Assembly (NCBI RefSeq): GCF_009914755.1
Contig: NC_060936.1
Reading direction: 5' to 3' (one strand)
Origin: the human T2T-CHM13v2.0 reference genome, Homo sapiens
Length of the DNA: 64,000 nucleotides
A model generated the notes under the pieces. The model was given only the letters and a program-made list of their open reading frames with translations. It was not told where the DNA came from and searched no databases. The translations under genes were made by a program, and so were the position numbers. Below, in pieces: positions 32,107 through 44,670 of the stretch (position 1 is the first letter of the stretch; every line of letters starts with the position of its first letter).

Positions 32107-32685
32107 CTTTGTGGTTTTATCTACCTTTGGTCTTTGATGATAGTGATGTGCAGATGGGGTTTTGGTGTGGATGTCCTTTCTGTTTGTTAGTTTTCCTTCT
32201 AACAGTCATGACCCTGGAAATGCTGCAGGTCTGTTGGAGTTTGCTGGAGGTCCACTCCAGACCCTGTTTGCCTGAGTATCCCCAGCGGAGGCTGCAGAAC
32301 AGCAAATATTGCAGAACGGCACATGTTGCTGCCTGATACTTCCTCTGGAAGCTTCATCTCAGAGGGACACCCGGTTGTATGAGGTGTCAGTTGGCCCCTA
32401 CTGGGAGGTGTCTCCCAGTTAGGCTACTCAGGGGTCAGGGACCCACTTGAGGAGGCAGTCTGTCCTTTCTCCGATTTCAAACTCTGTGCTGGGAGAACCA
32501 CTACTCTCTTCAAAGCTGTCAGACAGGGAGGTTTAACTCTGCAGAAGTTTCTGCTGCCTTTTGTTCAGCTATGCCCTGCCCCCAGAGGTGGAGTCCACAG
32601 AGGCAGGCAGGCCACCTTGAGCTGCAGTGGGCTCCACCCAGTTCAAGCTTCCCAGCCACTTTGTTTACCTACTCAAGCCTCGGCA

Positions 32686-32760
32686 ATGGCGGACGCCCCT
32701 CCCCCAGCCTCGCTGCCGCCTTGCAGTTCAATCTCAGACTGCTGTGCTAGCAGTGAGTGA
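32686..32760 (+). pseudogene. Truncated homologue of L1 antisense ORF0 (MADAPPPASLPPCSSISDCCASSE*)
   Basis: My translation matches the ORF0 N-terminus (MAGAPPPASLPPCS...); TGA at codon 25 where ORF0 has Arg, consistent with CGA>TGA decay. Confidence 0.75.
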
Positions 32761-33090
32761 GGCTCCATGGGCATGGGACCCTCCGAGCCAAGTGCCGGAT
32801 ATAATCTACTGGTGTGCTGTTTGCTAAGACCGTTGGAAATGCGCAGTATTAGGGTGGGAGTGTCCTGATTTTCCAGGTACCATCTGTCATGGCTTCCCTT
32901 GGCTAGGAAAGGGAATTCCCCAACCCCTTGCACTTCCTGGGTAAGGCGATGCCCCGCCCTGCTCTGTGGGCTGCACCCACTGTCCGACAAACCCCACTGA
33001 GATGAACCCAGTGCCTCAGATGGAAATGCAGAAATCACCTGTCTTCTGCATCACTCACACTGGGAGCTGTAGACTGGAGCTCTTCCTATT

Positions 33091-33101
33091 CGGCCATCTT
33101 G
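33091..33101 (-). promoter_or_regulatory. YY1 site at the 5' end of the L1 promoter
   Basis: cggccatcttg = reverse complement of CAAGATGGCCG, ~10 nt from the element start. Confidence 0.8.
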
Positions 33102-34004
33102 GGACCATCCAGAATGGTAATTATTAAAAAGTCAAGAAAGAATAGATGCTGGTGAGGCTGTGGAGAAATAGGAATGCTTTTACACTGTTGGTGGGAATGT
33201 AAATGAGTTCAACCATTGTGGAAGACAGTATGGTGATTCCTCAAAGATCTAGAAGCAGAAATACCATCTGTCCCAGCAATCCCATTACTGGGCATATACC
33301 CAAAGGAAAATAAATCATTCTACTATAAAGACAAATGCACACGTATGTTTATTGCAGCACTATTTACAATAGCTAAGTCATGGAACCAACCCAAATGCCC
33401 ATCAATGTTAGACTGGATAAGAAAATGTGGTACATATATACCATGGAATACTATGCAGCCATAAAAAAATGAGACTATGTCCTTAGCAGGGACATGGATG
33501 AAGCTGGAAGCCATCATCCTCAGTAAACTAACACAGGAACAGAAAACCAAACACTGTATGTTCTCACTCATAAGGGGTAGTTGTATAATGAGAACACATG
33601 GACACAGGGGGGTGAACAACACACACCAATGCCTGTTGTGGGGTGGGGAATGAGGGGAGTGAACTTAGAAGATGGGTCAATAGGTGCAGCAAACCACCAT
33701 GACACACGTATACTCATGTAACAAACCTGCACACTCTGTATATGTATCCTGGAACTTAAAGTAAAAAAAAAAAAAAAAGAAAAAGAAAAAAATCTCAGTA
33801 CAAAAGATATGTCTCATACAGGAACAAAAACAAAACAAAACAAAAAACAATATTGGCTTTGTATCTCCACCTGCCTGCATCTACTTTTACCACTGAATAC
33901 CTCGCTATTCCATGCTATGAGAACCCTATGATTCAGTTATATCAAATGATTTGCCATGCTCTGAAGTCACCCAACTTTCACTTTTCATATTTGCCTTTCT
34001 TCAG

Positions 34005-34362
34005 TGATATGGTTTGGCTGTGTCCCCATCCAAATCTCATCTTGAATTGTAGCTCCCAGAAGTCCTACATGTGGGAGAGACCCAGTGGAAGATAACTGAA
34101 TCATGGAGGAAGTTTTCCCCGTACCGTTCTCACGGTAGTGAGTAAGTCTCACAAGATATGATGGTTTTATAAGGGGTTTCCCTTTTTGCTTGGTTCTTAT
34201 TCTCTCTTGCCTGCCACCATGTAACATGTGTCTTTCACCTCCTGCCATGATTGTGAGGCCCCCTGGTCATGTGGAACTGTGAGTCCACTAAACCCCTTTT
34301 TCTTTATAAATTACCCAGTCTCGGGTATGTCTTTATCAGTAGTGTGAGAATGAACTAATACA
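34005..34362 (+). mobile_element. THE1 solo LTR (THE1B/C-like)
   Basis: tgatatggtttggctgtgtcccc...aactaataca; TSD ttcag/ctcag. Confidence 0.92.
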
Positions 34363-35479
34363 CTCAGCTTGAGTTGCTCTTCCTTTATATTATCCTCCAA
34401 AAAGTTTCTACTTATCCTGTAAGGTTCAACTGAAGGGTCAGCATACTGATATATCCTCTTTTAACTTCTGGACAGAGTTGTGTATCTGTTCTATTATGCT
34501 TCATTTGAGCCCTACCTATTTCTATCACAGCAAGTGTCACTGAACTGTGAATATCCACTTCCATTACAACGGAGTTCCTTGAGTGAAAAATACATAATAC
34601 CTATGAGTAATTAATTTCTGCATGGCATTCATGCAGCCATATTCATTTTATGTGCATCATTTTACTATCAAGAGTTAAAATTAATGGTCAGTGATTTTCA
34701 TTTCTTGCAATTTTACTTCCTTAGCCAGCATAGGTTCCTGGCATCATTTCTTCTCAACCCCAACAGAGGCTCAATTCCAGTACTGACTGGAATGCTTTTC
34801 ATGCATGAAGAATATTGAAAAGAGCTCTTTCTTACTTTCATGTCTTATTTAAACATGTTACTTGCTTTATTTTTTAACCTTTAATGACTATCACTTGCCT
34901 TATTTGTCACATTTGGACTAAATAATCATTTCATTTTGTCAGCCAGTGTTAATTCTTATGGCTTGTTATTGAAACTAAGCAAATTCAATGTATAGCATGA
35001 GTAAGATGGGACAGAGAAAAAGGGAACTCTGAAGAAAGTGAGCTATTGACTGTGTCCCTACAAAAGTAGAGATCAATATGTAGGTAAGAGGTAGGAAGGA
35101 AGGCTGAGAAGAACAGACTAGAAAGGCAGTGAAGTGAGACTCAAGCGATTTAAATTCTCATCTTGCTTCACTTTCAACTTCTTGTATAATATTTTTTTTC
35201 CTCTTTGGGCCTCATTTATCTCATTTGTTTTTTGAGGGCGATGTACTTAAGTCTTTTGTATAGCACCAGTATGATTTTGCAATATCCACACATAATTGTA
35301 TTAGTATTTGCTTAAATAAAAATTAAACTAGTGCTCTTAACTTTATGCCATTCCCACAATAATCATAAGCAATGATATCTATATAATAAACCAAGTTAAT
35401 GAGCTATTTATTTTTGTGTGTACATTAATTACATGGACATTAATTTTTTAAGTCCATCCTATACACCTAAAATAACAAC

Positions 35480-35690
35480 AGCTGACATTTATCTAAATTT
35501 TGCTGGGTGCCATGTGCTGTTCTAAGCTATTTATTTGTATTTACTCATATAATCTTCACAACATCCATTTTAATACTAATTTTACAGGTGGGAAATTGTG
35601 GCACAGAGAAGTTAAGGCTTTATAAAAAGCCATGTAGCTTGTAAGTGGCAGAGTCAGGACTCAAACTCAGGCAGTCTGTAGTCACACTTG
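35480..35690 (-). mobile_element. MIR
   Basis: ttttacaggtgggaaattgtggcacagagaagttaag...ggactcaaactcaggcagtctg. Confidence 0.75.
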
Positions 35691-36397
35691 GGAACAATGA
35701 ACTAGAAGACATCTAGGGTCCTTTCCAGCATCACGACCCTCTGATTTTGCTTTTCTCTGGAGCACACTCTTCTCAGTTCCTAAGAGAGTATTTTATTTCT
35801 ACTTAGCTTAATAAGGTCCTTTCAAATAGAGTCTATATTAGGCTGTATTTGATTTTTAGCCTTTTCACTGTCTTTTATCTCCTCACAATTACATAAAATT
35901 GTTCACTTAGCCAGTTATGAACAATGCAGAAGTCAAATTTCATTGCAGTCCCAGAAATCACTTTATCTAAAAGTACTATAAAAAACATTCATTCTTGACT
36001 ATGAAGAGGCTGTACAAAGTTACCTCTTTTCAAGAGAGTCAGTCTGCCCTTGAAACTTAGTAATTTACTAACCATCATTTTTTTTTCTAAAAAGAAATAT
36101 CAGGCACAGAAATTTAGAGTTGAAAGGAGCTTAGCTGTTATGTGGTCCTAACACCAAACATTGAAATATCCCTGCCTAGACTCCCTGAATGTTGGTCATT
36201 CACCTTTTGGAGAAGAATCTTCAGAAAGTGAAATTACTATGTCCATTATTAGGTGTTCCATTCATTGGTAAATACACCTCATTCCCTTTCTGAAATCAGA
36301 TATGCCGTATATGTACAGTATGTACCACATAATGATATTTCAGTCAATGATGGACTGTATACACGATGGTGGTCCCATAAGACTATAATGAAGCATA

Positions 36398-38029
36398 TAG
36401 GGTCTTCAAAAAATTCATAGAAAATGCATATTATGAAAAAGTATGCATGAATTTCCAATTTTTTACACAAAATAAACTCATACTGAACAGGATCTAGTTG
36501 AGTCTCTAAGAAAGATGAGACATCAGTTTGAAAAGAGCCCCTATCACAGCAACATGAATCCTGCTAAAATTGAGGCAAGAACAAACATTGAATTTACACT
36601 GAAGCTTGGGTGTGAGAATGGTGAAATCATTGATGCTTTATGAAGAGTTTATGGGGCTAATGCCCCAAAGAAATTGGCAGTTTACAAATGGATAGCTCAT
36701 TTTAAAAAGGAGTGAGAAGATATTGAAGATGGCACCTGCAGTGGCAGACCACCCACATCAGTTTGCAAGGAAGAAAATTCATTTTTTCCATGCTCTAACT
36801 GAAGAGGGTCAACGATTAACAGCAGAAACAACAGCGAATGCCATAGACATCTAAATTTGTTCAGGTTACACAATTCTGACTGAAAAATTAAAGCTGAACA
36901 AACTATACACTTGATGGTTGCTAAAATTGTTATGCCCAGATCAGCTGCAGACAAACGGAAATTTTCAATAAGTCGGATCAAGATTCTGAAGCATTTCTTC
37001 AAAGAATTGTAATAGGAGATGGAGCATGGTTTTATCAGTACGATCCTAAAGACAAAGCATAATCAATGCAATGGCTACTAAGAGGTGGCAGTGGTCCAGT
37101 CAAAGCAAAAGTGGACCAGTGTATTAGTCTGTTTTCATACTACTATAAAGAACTGCCAAAGACTGGGTAATTTATAAAGGAAAGAGGTTTAACTGACTCA
37201 CAATTCAGCATGGCTCGGAGGCCTCAGGAAATTTAAAATCACAGCAGAAGGTGAAGAGAAAGCAAAGCACCTTCTTCACAAGGCAGCATGAAGGAGAAGT
37301 GCTGAGTGAAGTGTGAAAAGAGTCCATTATTAAACCATCAAATCTCATGAGAACTCATTCACTATCACGAGAACAGCATGAGGGAAATTGCTCCCACGAT
37401 TCAATTACCTCCACCTGGTCTCTTCCAAGACACATGGGGATTATGGGGATTATAATTCAAGATGAGACTGGGGTGGGGACACAAAACCTAACCATATCAA
37501 CCAGTCAAGAGCAAATGTCATGGCAACAGGTTTTTGGGATACTCAAGGCATTTTCCTTGTTGACTTTCTGGAGGGTCAAAAAATGACATTATCTGCTTAT
37601 TATGAGAGTGTTTTGAGAAAGGTAGCCAAAGCATTAGCAGAAAAATGCCCAGAAGCTTCACCAGAGAGTACTCCTCCACCACAACAATGCTTCAGCTCAC
37701 TCCTCTCACCAAACAAGGGCAATTTTGTGAGAGTTTCAATCAGAAATCATTAGGCATCCGCCTTACCATTCTAATTTCACTCCTTCTTCTCTCTGTTTTT
37801 GAATCTTAAAAATTCTTTAAGGACACCTGTTTTTCTTCAGTTAATAATGTAAAAGAGACTACATTAACATTGTTAAATTCCCAGTACAGGACTTGAGGGA
37901 TGAACTAAATGTCTGATATTGTTACGTAAAAAGTGCCTTGAACTTAATGGAGCTTATGTTGAGAAAGTTTATATATTTCTTACTTTTATATTTTAATTTT
38001 TTTTTTACAAACTTTTTGAAGTCCCCTTG
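36398..38029 (+). mobile_element. Near full-length HSMAR2 mariner with decayed transposase
   Basis: TIRs agggtcttcaaaaaattcatagaaaatg / aactttttgaagtccccttg. ATG at 36554 reads MNPAKIEARTNI. Remnants of RIVxGDxxW-YQYDP, LHHxNA and HPPY motifs. Confidence 0.9.
37120..37499 (-). mobile_element. THE1D-like solo LTR inside the HSMAR2 transposase
   Basis: tgtattagtctgttttcatac...aaccatatca; perfect TSD accag (37115-37119 / 37500-37504). Confidence 0.92.
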
Positions 38030-38228
38030 TTTAAAGAAACCTGATATATGGCACTTGATATTAGCATTGCAGTTCAAGTAGGGAAAATAGTTGATATGCA
38101 GTAATTGTGCTGAGAGAGTTTTCCACATAAGGTGGATGCCTAATGACAATTTTCCACATGAAAACTATATTTTTATGTATATTTGATGCAGATGAAACAT
38201 ATATAAAATATAAAGTTCACAAATACTA

Positions 38229-38821
38229 TATGAACATCATAGAGTATATGTATACAAACCTAGATTTTATATATAATATATAATACATAATTTATATATT
38301 ATATTATAATAAATATTATATATATTTATATACAATTATATATAATACAATATATAATATATTAATGTTATATTATAATATATCAATATATATTAATATA
38401 ACTAATATAATTAATATATTAATATACAATAATATATAATATATAATATATAATTATATTATATATTTATTATAATTATATAATATATTATCTATTATAT
38501 AATATAATTTATAATTATAATAATTATAATTTATTATAATTATATAAATAATTATAATTTATTATAATTATAACATATAAAATATGTAATTATATATTAT
38601 AATTACATATTATATATAATTATATATTATAATTACATATTATATATAATTACATATTATATATAATTATATATTATAATTACATATTATATATAATTAT
38701 ATATTATATTGTCTATAAATTATATATTATATATTATATTATAATTATATATGTAAAATATATATATTATATATTATATATAAAATCTAGGTTTGTATAC
38801 ATATACTCTATGATGTTCATA
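38229..38821. repeat. AT-rich low-complexity tract bounded by a perfect 57-bp inverted repeat (PATRR-like)
   Basis: 38229-38285 is the exact reverse complement of 38765-38821; the core is almost entirely A/T. Confidence 0.92.
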
Positions 38822-39324
38822 CAATGTTGAAATTGCTTGCTGATGTATTTCTCAGGACATATCCCCATTATTAAGCAACGCATGACTCTGTGTGTTAGGG
38901 AGGTATATGTATCCCCCCCATATATATATGCCACTCATTGGTCTTACCTTGTTATTTTCAAGCAAAATAAAAGTCGGTTTTCTTTTTCCAAAAGTTGTAT
39001 ATATTTATATAATAGATAATATTCATTTTAGTAAAATTAATATCTTTTCATGGAAGATAATTTAGAAAAGTATTAAAATGAATACAAATCATCCATAATC
39101 CCAGGGATCAGCACTGTTGCTAATATTTTTATATTTTCTTCTCTTAATGTGAACATATATGCATGTACTAGTATTCTGAATATATCTATTTTTAAACTAA
39201 CGGGATTATTTATATGATCCTATTTTCTGTGTGTGGTGAGGCTCCTCCTGATACTCTACTACATACAGATGAATAAATTTTTAATAATTTTTGGGGAAAA
39301 TGAAGAACATCATAAAGGTAAGGG

Positions 39325-40510
39325 CATCTACTTCCAGACAAAATGGGATAACTGACCAAATGTGCACTCCTTCCTAAAATAAAAAGTGAAAATATATAAA
39401 ATGATAATTTGCAAGACACTGAAAAGCAGGAAATGAAGGGCCAAAATCTCTGAGAAACAGCAAACAAGTTGAGTCCTATATTTGCCCCAGTTCATTGCCT
39501 TGAGAGAGTCTCTAGGCTGTAGTGCAGGAGAAGGGTAACCAGGAGATGAACTTGACAGTCTGAGAAGACAGAGGTAAACAGAGTTGTCCAGATAGTATCT
39601 AACGGGGTGAGCAAAACGTCGAAGATCCATAGAGGAACTCCCTCGAATATTCAGTGCATGCATGTGAGGAAATAACCCAACACTGGGGGAAAAAACACCT
39701 AAAAGAATTAGTGGCAAGACTGCCCAGTGCCCACACAGGACCAGGAACAGTGCTTGCTCCCATTAGTCAGATTAGAATTAGGTGGAGTACACAGAAGGTT
39801 CTTGCCTCAACAGCAGGAAATAATTGGCCTTAGATTTAGTATTGCTGTGTTCTGGCCTAACATAGTTAAAAAGACCCCAAAAGATCAAAATGTTTCCAAG
39901 TAAGTCAATTTCATCCCAAAAAAGCCCTCAAAAATATTTATAGAAATATAAAAATATATCCAACATCAAGCAAGGTAAAATTTATCATGTCTGGTATTTG
40001 ATCAAAAATTACAAGCATGAAAACAAGTAGGAAATATGACCCAATTAAGAAATATAATAATCAAATTTGAACCAGAATTGACAGATGTTAGAATTGGCAT
40101 ATGAGAACATTAAAATATTGAAACTTACATCAAAACTGTGTTCCATATTTTAAAAGATAAGTAGAGATCTGAAAGATATATAAAAAGACTGAAAAAACTT
40201 CTGGAGATAAAAATTCAGTCTAAGATGAGAAACATACTGGCTAGAATAACAAGTAAATTCAGCAATGCAAAAGAAAACATACTAATGAAAACTTGAAAAC
40301 ATGGCAACTGAAAATATCAAAAATAAAACTCAGAAAAAATAGAATCCAAAGAAAAATGAACAGAGCCTCAGTGAACTATGGAGCAACTTCAAGTGGCCTA
40401 ATATATGTGTAATTGGAGTAACTGAAAAAAGGTTTGGGGTATGAGGACAGAAAAAAATATTTGAAGAGATAATAGCTGACATTTTTCCAAATTTGATGGA
40501 AACTATTCTT
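39325..40510 (+). mobile_element. Ancient L1M 5' UTR/ORF1 fragment
   Basis: ORF1-like aaaatgaacagagcctcagtgaactatggagc (KNEQSLSELW); ttttccaaatttgatg. Confidence 0.7.
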
Positions 40511-41150
40511 ATTTTTCATTTAACATTATGTTGTCAGAATTCTTCTTTCTTTCTGTGTATCATGTGAAAACACAGTTCCTGAAGACTACAAAATTCCCTC
40601 CCATGGATGTTTTATGATTTATTTAGCCATTTGTGCCTGTACATTTTGATTATGATTTTTCATAATTATAAATGATGTTGTAATGAATCTTTATACCCAT
40701 AAATGTTGATCTGCATCTGATCCTTGAGATATATTCCTTGAAATGAGTTTACAGGGTAAGGTTCTACATATATTTTTAGAGTCTTGATATATAATTTTAA
40801 GCCATTTTCCAGAAAGATCATATAGTACTTGTACATTTGTACAGTATATGTAGTATGCATTGTATATTTTACCACATTCTGGTCAACAAATGTCTTTATT
40901 AAAGAATAAAAAGATATTACTGAAAAAGACAAACTTAGCTACTTTTGTAGGTAAAAATTATAAGCCTTAAAAATCTGCATTTCTTATATTATTAATAGCT
41001 AAAATATTGTTCATGTTCATTGCAAATGCCACTTCATGTCCTTAGGCCATTTTTCTATTAGTTTTAAGTGTTTTTCTTACATCAATTTCTACCAGCTGTT
41101 TATATGTTAAGGATATTAATATTTTATATTTGTGATGAACGTTTTTCAAA
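40510..41150 (-). mobile_element. Ancient L1ME-type fragment
   Basis: Degenerate antisense L1 3' motifs (ttcatgtccttaggccatttttctatt; atatgttaaggatatt). Confidence 0.5.
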
Positions 41151-43403
41151 GATTAGACAAAATCTACATGTTTACATCATATGATGTATTAATAATTTCC
41201 AGAGCTCCCACCCTCTTTAAAGTGCATTCACATTTATCATTGTTCTTATGTCCTAAACTTGCATCTATTTCTCCCTTAAACTGATATTTTCTATTTTGGT
41301 TACAGAGCCCAAACCTAAGAATTAAGTGTACACTAATTTCATGTATATCAGAATCTGTTCTGCTTAATTCTTCAGTTCACCTTATCTAAGTAATTTCTCT
41401 TTCACATCATAAGAGAATTAAAAGTAATTAAGATCCAATCCAAGGGCTATGGACTAGGGTAAAGCCTGTGGTACAACTTAATGGAAGAAATATTTTCTTC
41501 CTTAGGAGTTCTATCAGTTATACTTGAGCCCATTGTTCTTGAAAGAGTTAATGTCTTATTTCTAAAATATGTCTATTATAGATTCAAGTAAATCCAGCTA
41601 CACTTACTTAATGCACATATCCAGTACATAAGAGAAATGGAAGATTCCTAGCCTGAGTGCCAGGAAATGCAGTTTAGATATGGCCCTGCCATCTTTCCAG
41701 AACTTGATTTCCTTCCCAGCTACAAAATGAGATCCAAACCAGATGATCCTCAGGAACCAATCCAGCTCTGAAATTCGACAACTTTGTGATTGTTCTATAA
41801 AACAAATATTACATTTCCCTCCAAAGGATCTTCTGGGATTATTTGCATCTGTTTTAGAAAGATTGGAGGTGGGAAGGGGTCAATTTTTAATGGCTGCAGG
41901 TGTTTTACAAATGTCAAAGATACATTGCTTGCACTGATAGCTAGGTTTAAAATCTTCAGAAAATAAATGCATAATTAGATGTTTCCAGCATTTATATAGT
42001 GAATCTGTTCGGTCTTTCATGCTTCAAGGAGCTAATAGAACCTAATGCTTCCTTTGAAATCAGTGGAAGCTCTAAACCCATCTAATGTGCTAGCTTATAA
42101 CTAACAGAAAAATTGGGTCAATTTTTATCCCACTGATGAAAAATAAATCAAACAAGTGTATCTTTTAAACAGCATGTAAACCATTTAATACTTAGTGTAC
42201 TAGGTTATGTGCATAGTTTTGGGAAACATGAAAGTGTGTGACCAAACAGACTTCAAATACATCATTTTTATACATTCGAGGGTGGTTATTTAAACAATGC
42301 ATTGATGAATCCATTGGATATTGCTAGGGGTGGGAAAAAAGCTTTGTAATCACTTGCATCCAAATAATACAAGTTTATAATTTTATTTTTATAAACTTTA
42401 TGATTATAATCATATTCATGTATATGACCGTGCATGTGTTACTGTTAATAACAACTTGTGTTTTAAGACATAAAATGGTTTTATAATATGCTCATGGATT
42501 CCTGGATTGAACCTGACACCTCTGGGTTTACTTAACGTCCTAAAAAAAGAAACAGTACTCTAATATGGGGCTAGATATTACTGAAAAAGTCAACTAGTAG
42601 CAGTAAATGTCAAAATTCACCTTAAAATGGCATCTCTAATTATAAGTCGACAGTAGCAAAGCATTGGCAGTTTCCATGATATTACATGCTTTACAACCTC
42701 CTGCAGCTGCCAGCCAAATCTCCGTTTCTCTTCTACATTTGCTTTTCCTTCATGACATTTAATCAGTCAACAATATGAACGCTGGAGTTCTCCTAAGCCA
42801 CCCTACAGTTTAAAATCCTGACTACTTCATGTTCTTCTGAAAGTGGGGCGGGGAGAGCAGCAAGTCTTTCAGAATGAGATCTGTACTTATCGATCACAGC
42901 ATCAGCAGGGAAATTGGCCTTTGTAGGGGTGAATGTGGTTCGTTCACTGAGAAAGGAAAAACTATTTTGGGTTAAAATGAAGGCAAAACAATTCAGGCAG
43001 CTGAAGAGGCTTCTGAAAACTGGAAAGATGGAATTTCCAGGGTTTGGGCAATGAGGCAGAGACTAAATTTATGGAAAGCAGACAGGAGAACAACTTCAGG
43101 TTAGTCTAAAAAAGGAATCTGGAGAGAGCTTATGTAGAGAAAAATCACACAGACTGAATCATACGTGGGGAATGAATAGAGGGAAAACCTGACTCTGGGA
43201 GCTGCGATTATAGAGGAAATAAAGGCAGTAAAGATTAAATATCAGTCCCTAACACTGCCTCAAAAAAGCCTGACAATATATTCACAGCTGGGTATAACCT
43301 CTGCAGGCACCACTAAGTAGTCCTTCCGTTCTATTGAGTTCCTTCCACAGTTTGTTCCTCCCTTAAACCTCTCATGAGAAATCCTTTCCCTCGATATGCT
43401 GTA

Positions 43404-43563
43404 TAGCGTGTTAAAGTGTAGTCTGAGGACCAGCAGCATTGGCATCTCCTAGGAGCTTATTAGAAGTGCAGAATTATGGCTCCACTCAAATCTACTGAAA
43501 CTGAACACAATTTTTCCAAGATCGTAGATGATTCATGCGCACATTAAAGTTTGAGAAGCACTG
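43404..43563. mobile_element. MER5-type hAT MITE
   Basis: ggaccagcagcattggcatctcctaggagcttattagaagtgcagaatt...cacattaaagtttgagaagcactg. Confidence 0.8.
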
Positions 43564-43639
43564 ATCTACAACATATACGATGTGCTGTCTAAGACTTTTT
43601 TACTGCATATCAAAACATAGGCAGATAGATTACAACTGT

Positions 43640-44670
43640 ACATCATTTATTCATTCTCTTAACAAATACTCACTAAACACAGGCCCTATTCTCAAGGAGT
43701 TGGCACTTTGCTACCAGTTATTGAACTCCCTTCCGTTCTCTGCATTGTGTGAGGTGTCAGGGCTAGAAGGATAAATATGGCATTGTCCCTGCCCTTAATT
43801 AGATCATAGATATGTTAGGAAATAGTTAATGCAAAAAAGTGTCATGGTTTTAATGCTAAAAACGTGTACCTGGCACTGGGATTACAGGAGAACAAGTATT
43901 GGAGACATATAAGGAAGGTGGTGATCAAGGTTTTTAGAAATGGAAAAGTTTTTATAGAGGTGAGCTGAGCTTTCAAAAAAAAAAAAAGCTTTTTTTCTTT
44001 TTTCCAGGTGGACCATGGGGCATTGTGGGCAGGATGAAGGAAGGGTTAGAAAGAAGGGTGTACAAGGGAGAGGAAACAATCTTAACAAAGGCTCAAGGGC
44101 AAGAAACAGGTTGGCCTATTCAGAGAACTTTAAGTAATTCCATATGGCTGGATGATAGGTTTTGAGGAGGGTGGATTGGGGTCTGGTGGTCAGAGATAAG
44201 GCTGGAGAGCTTGACAGGGGCCAGATTTAGGGGGCTGTATTGTAGCCTAAGCACTTTGGGATTGATCCTACAGAGCAGCAATAAGAAGTCACTGAAGGTT
44301 TTCCAGTAAGGCAATAACAAGATCACGTTTGTGTTTTAGAAACATCACTCTGGAGGATGTTTGGGGAATGGTGATTAGCCAATTTGGCTGAAGCACAAAG
44401 TACACAGAGAAAAGTAAAGGCAGATAAGGCTGGAAATGTAAATTTGGATCCAGATCATAGAGGATACTGACTGCCATGCTTTGTACTTTGTAGGCAGTGG
44501 GGAGACACTGAAATTTTCTGAGCAAGAGAATGCTTTAGACTGGGAAGAGACTAAAGACAGAAGGCCAGTTAGAAAGTTATTGCAATAATTTAGGCAAGAG
44601 GTAATAAGAACCTGATGACTCTGAGAATAGAAATTAACAGATAGATTCAAGAAGCAGGTGCACAATTATA
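43640..44670 (-). mobile_element. L2 fragments
   Basis: catttattcattc; gaagtcactgaaggttttcc; aggccagttagaaagttattgcaataatttaggcaagagg. Confidence 0.75.

Larger units (their letters stand above)
36316..38889 (+). mobile_element. Tigger3-family MITE (Tigger3d/MER7-like), split by HSMAR2 and an AT-rich expansion
   Basis: Left end TA|cagtatgtaccacataatga...ggtggtcccataaga; resumes agaaacctgatatatggcacttg at ~38035; right end gtatttctcaggacatatccccattattaagcaacgcatgact. Confidence 0.85.

Noticed and set aside
36554-37900. Domesticated mariner transposase (SETMAR-like)
   Set aside because: HSMAR2 rather than HSMAR1; early stop, frameshifts and an LTR insertion.
38280-38770. CRISPR-like or coding repeat array
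   Set aside because: Low-complexity TA expansion in eukaryotic DNA; no repeat-spacer structure and no cas genes.
42860-43105. Possible exon ending at cag|gttagt
   Set aside because: Only a donor-like word; no clear acceptor or sustained ORF. Needs transcript data.
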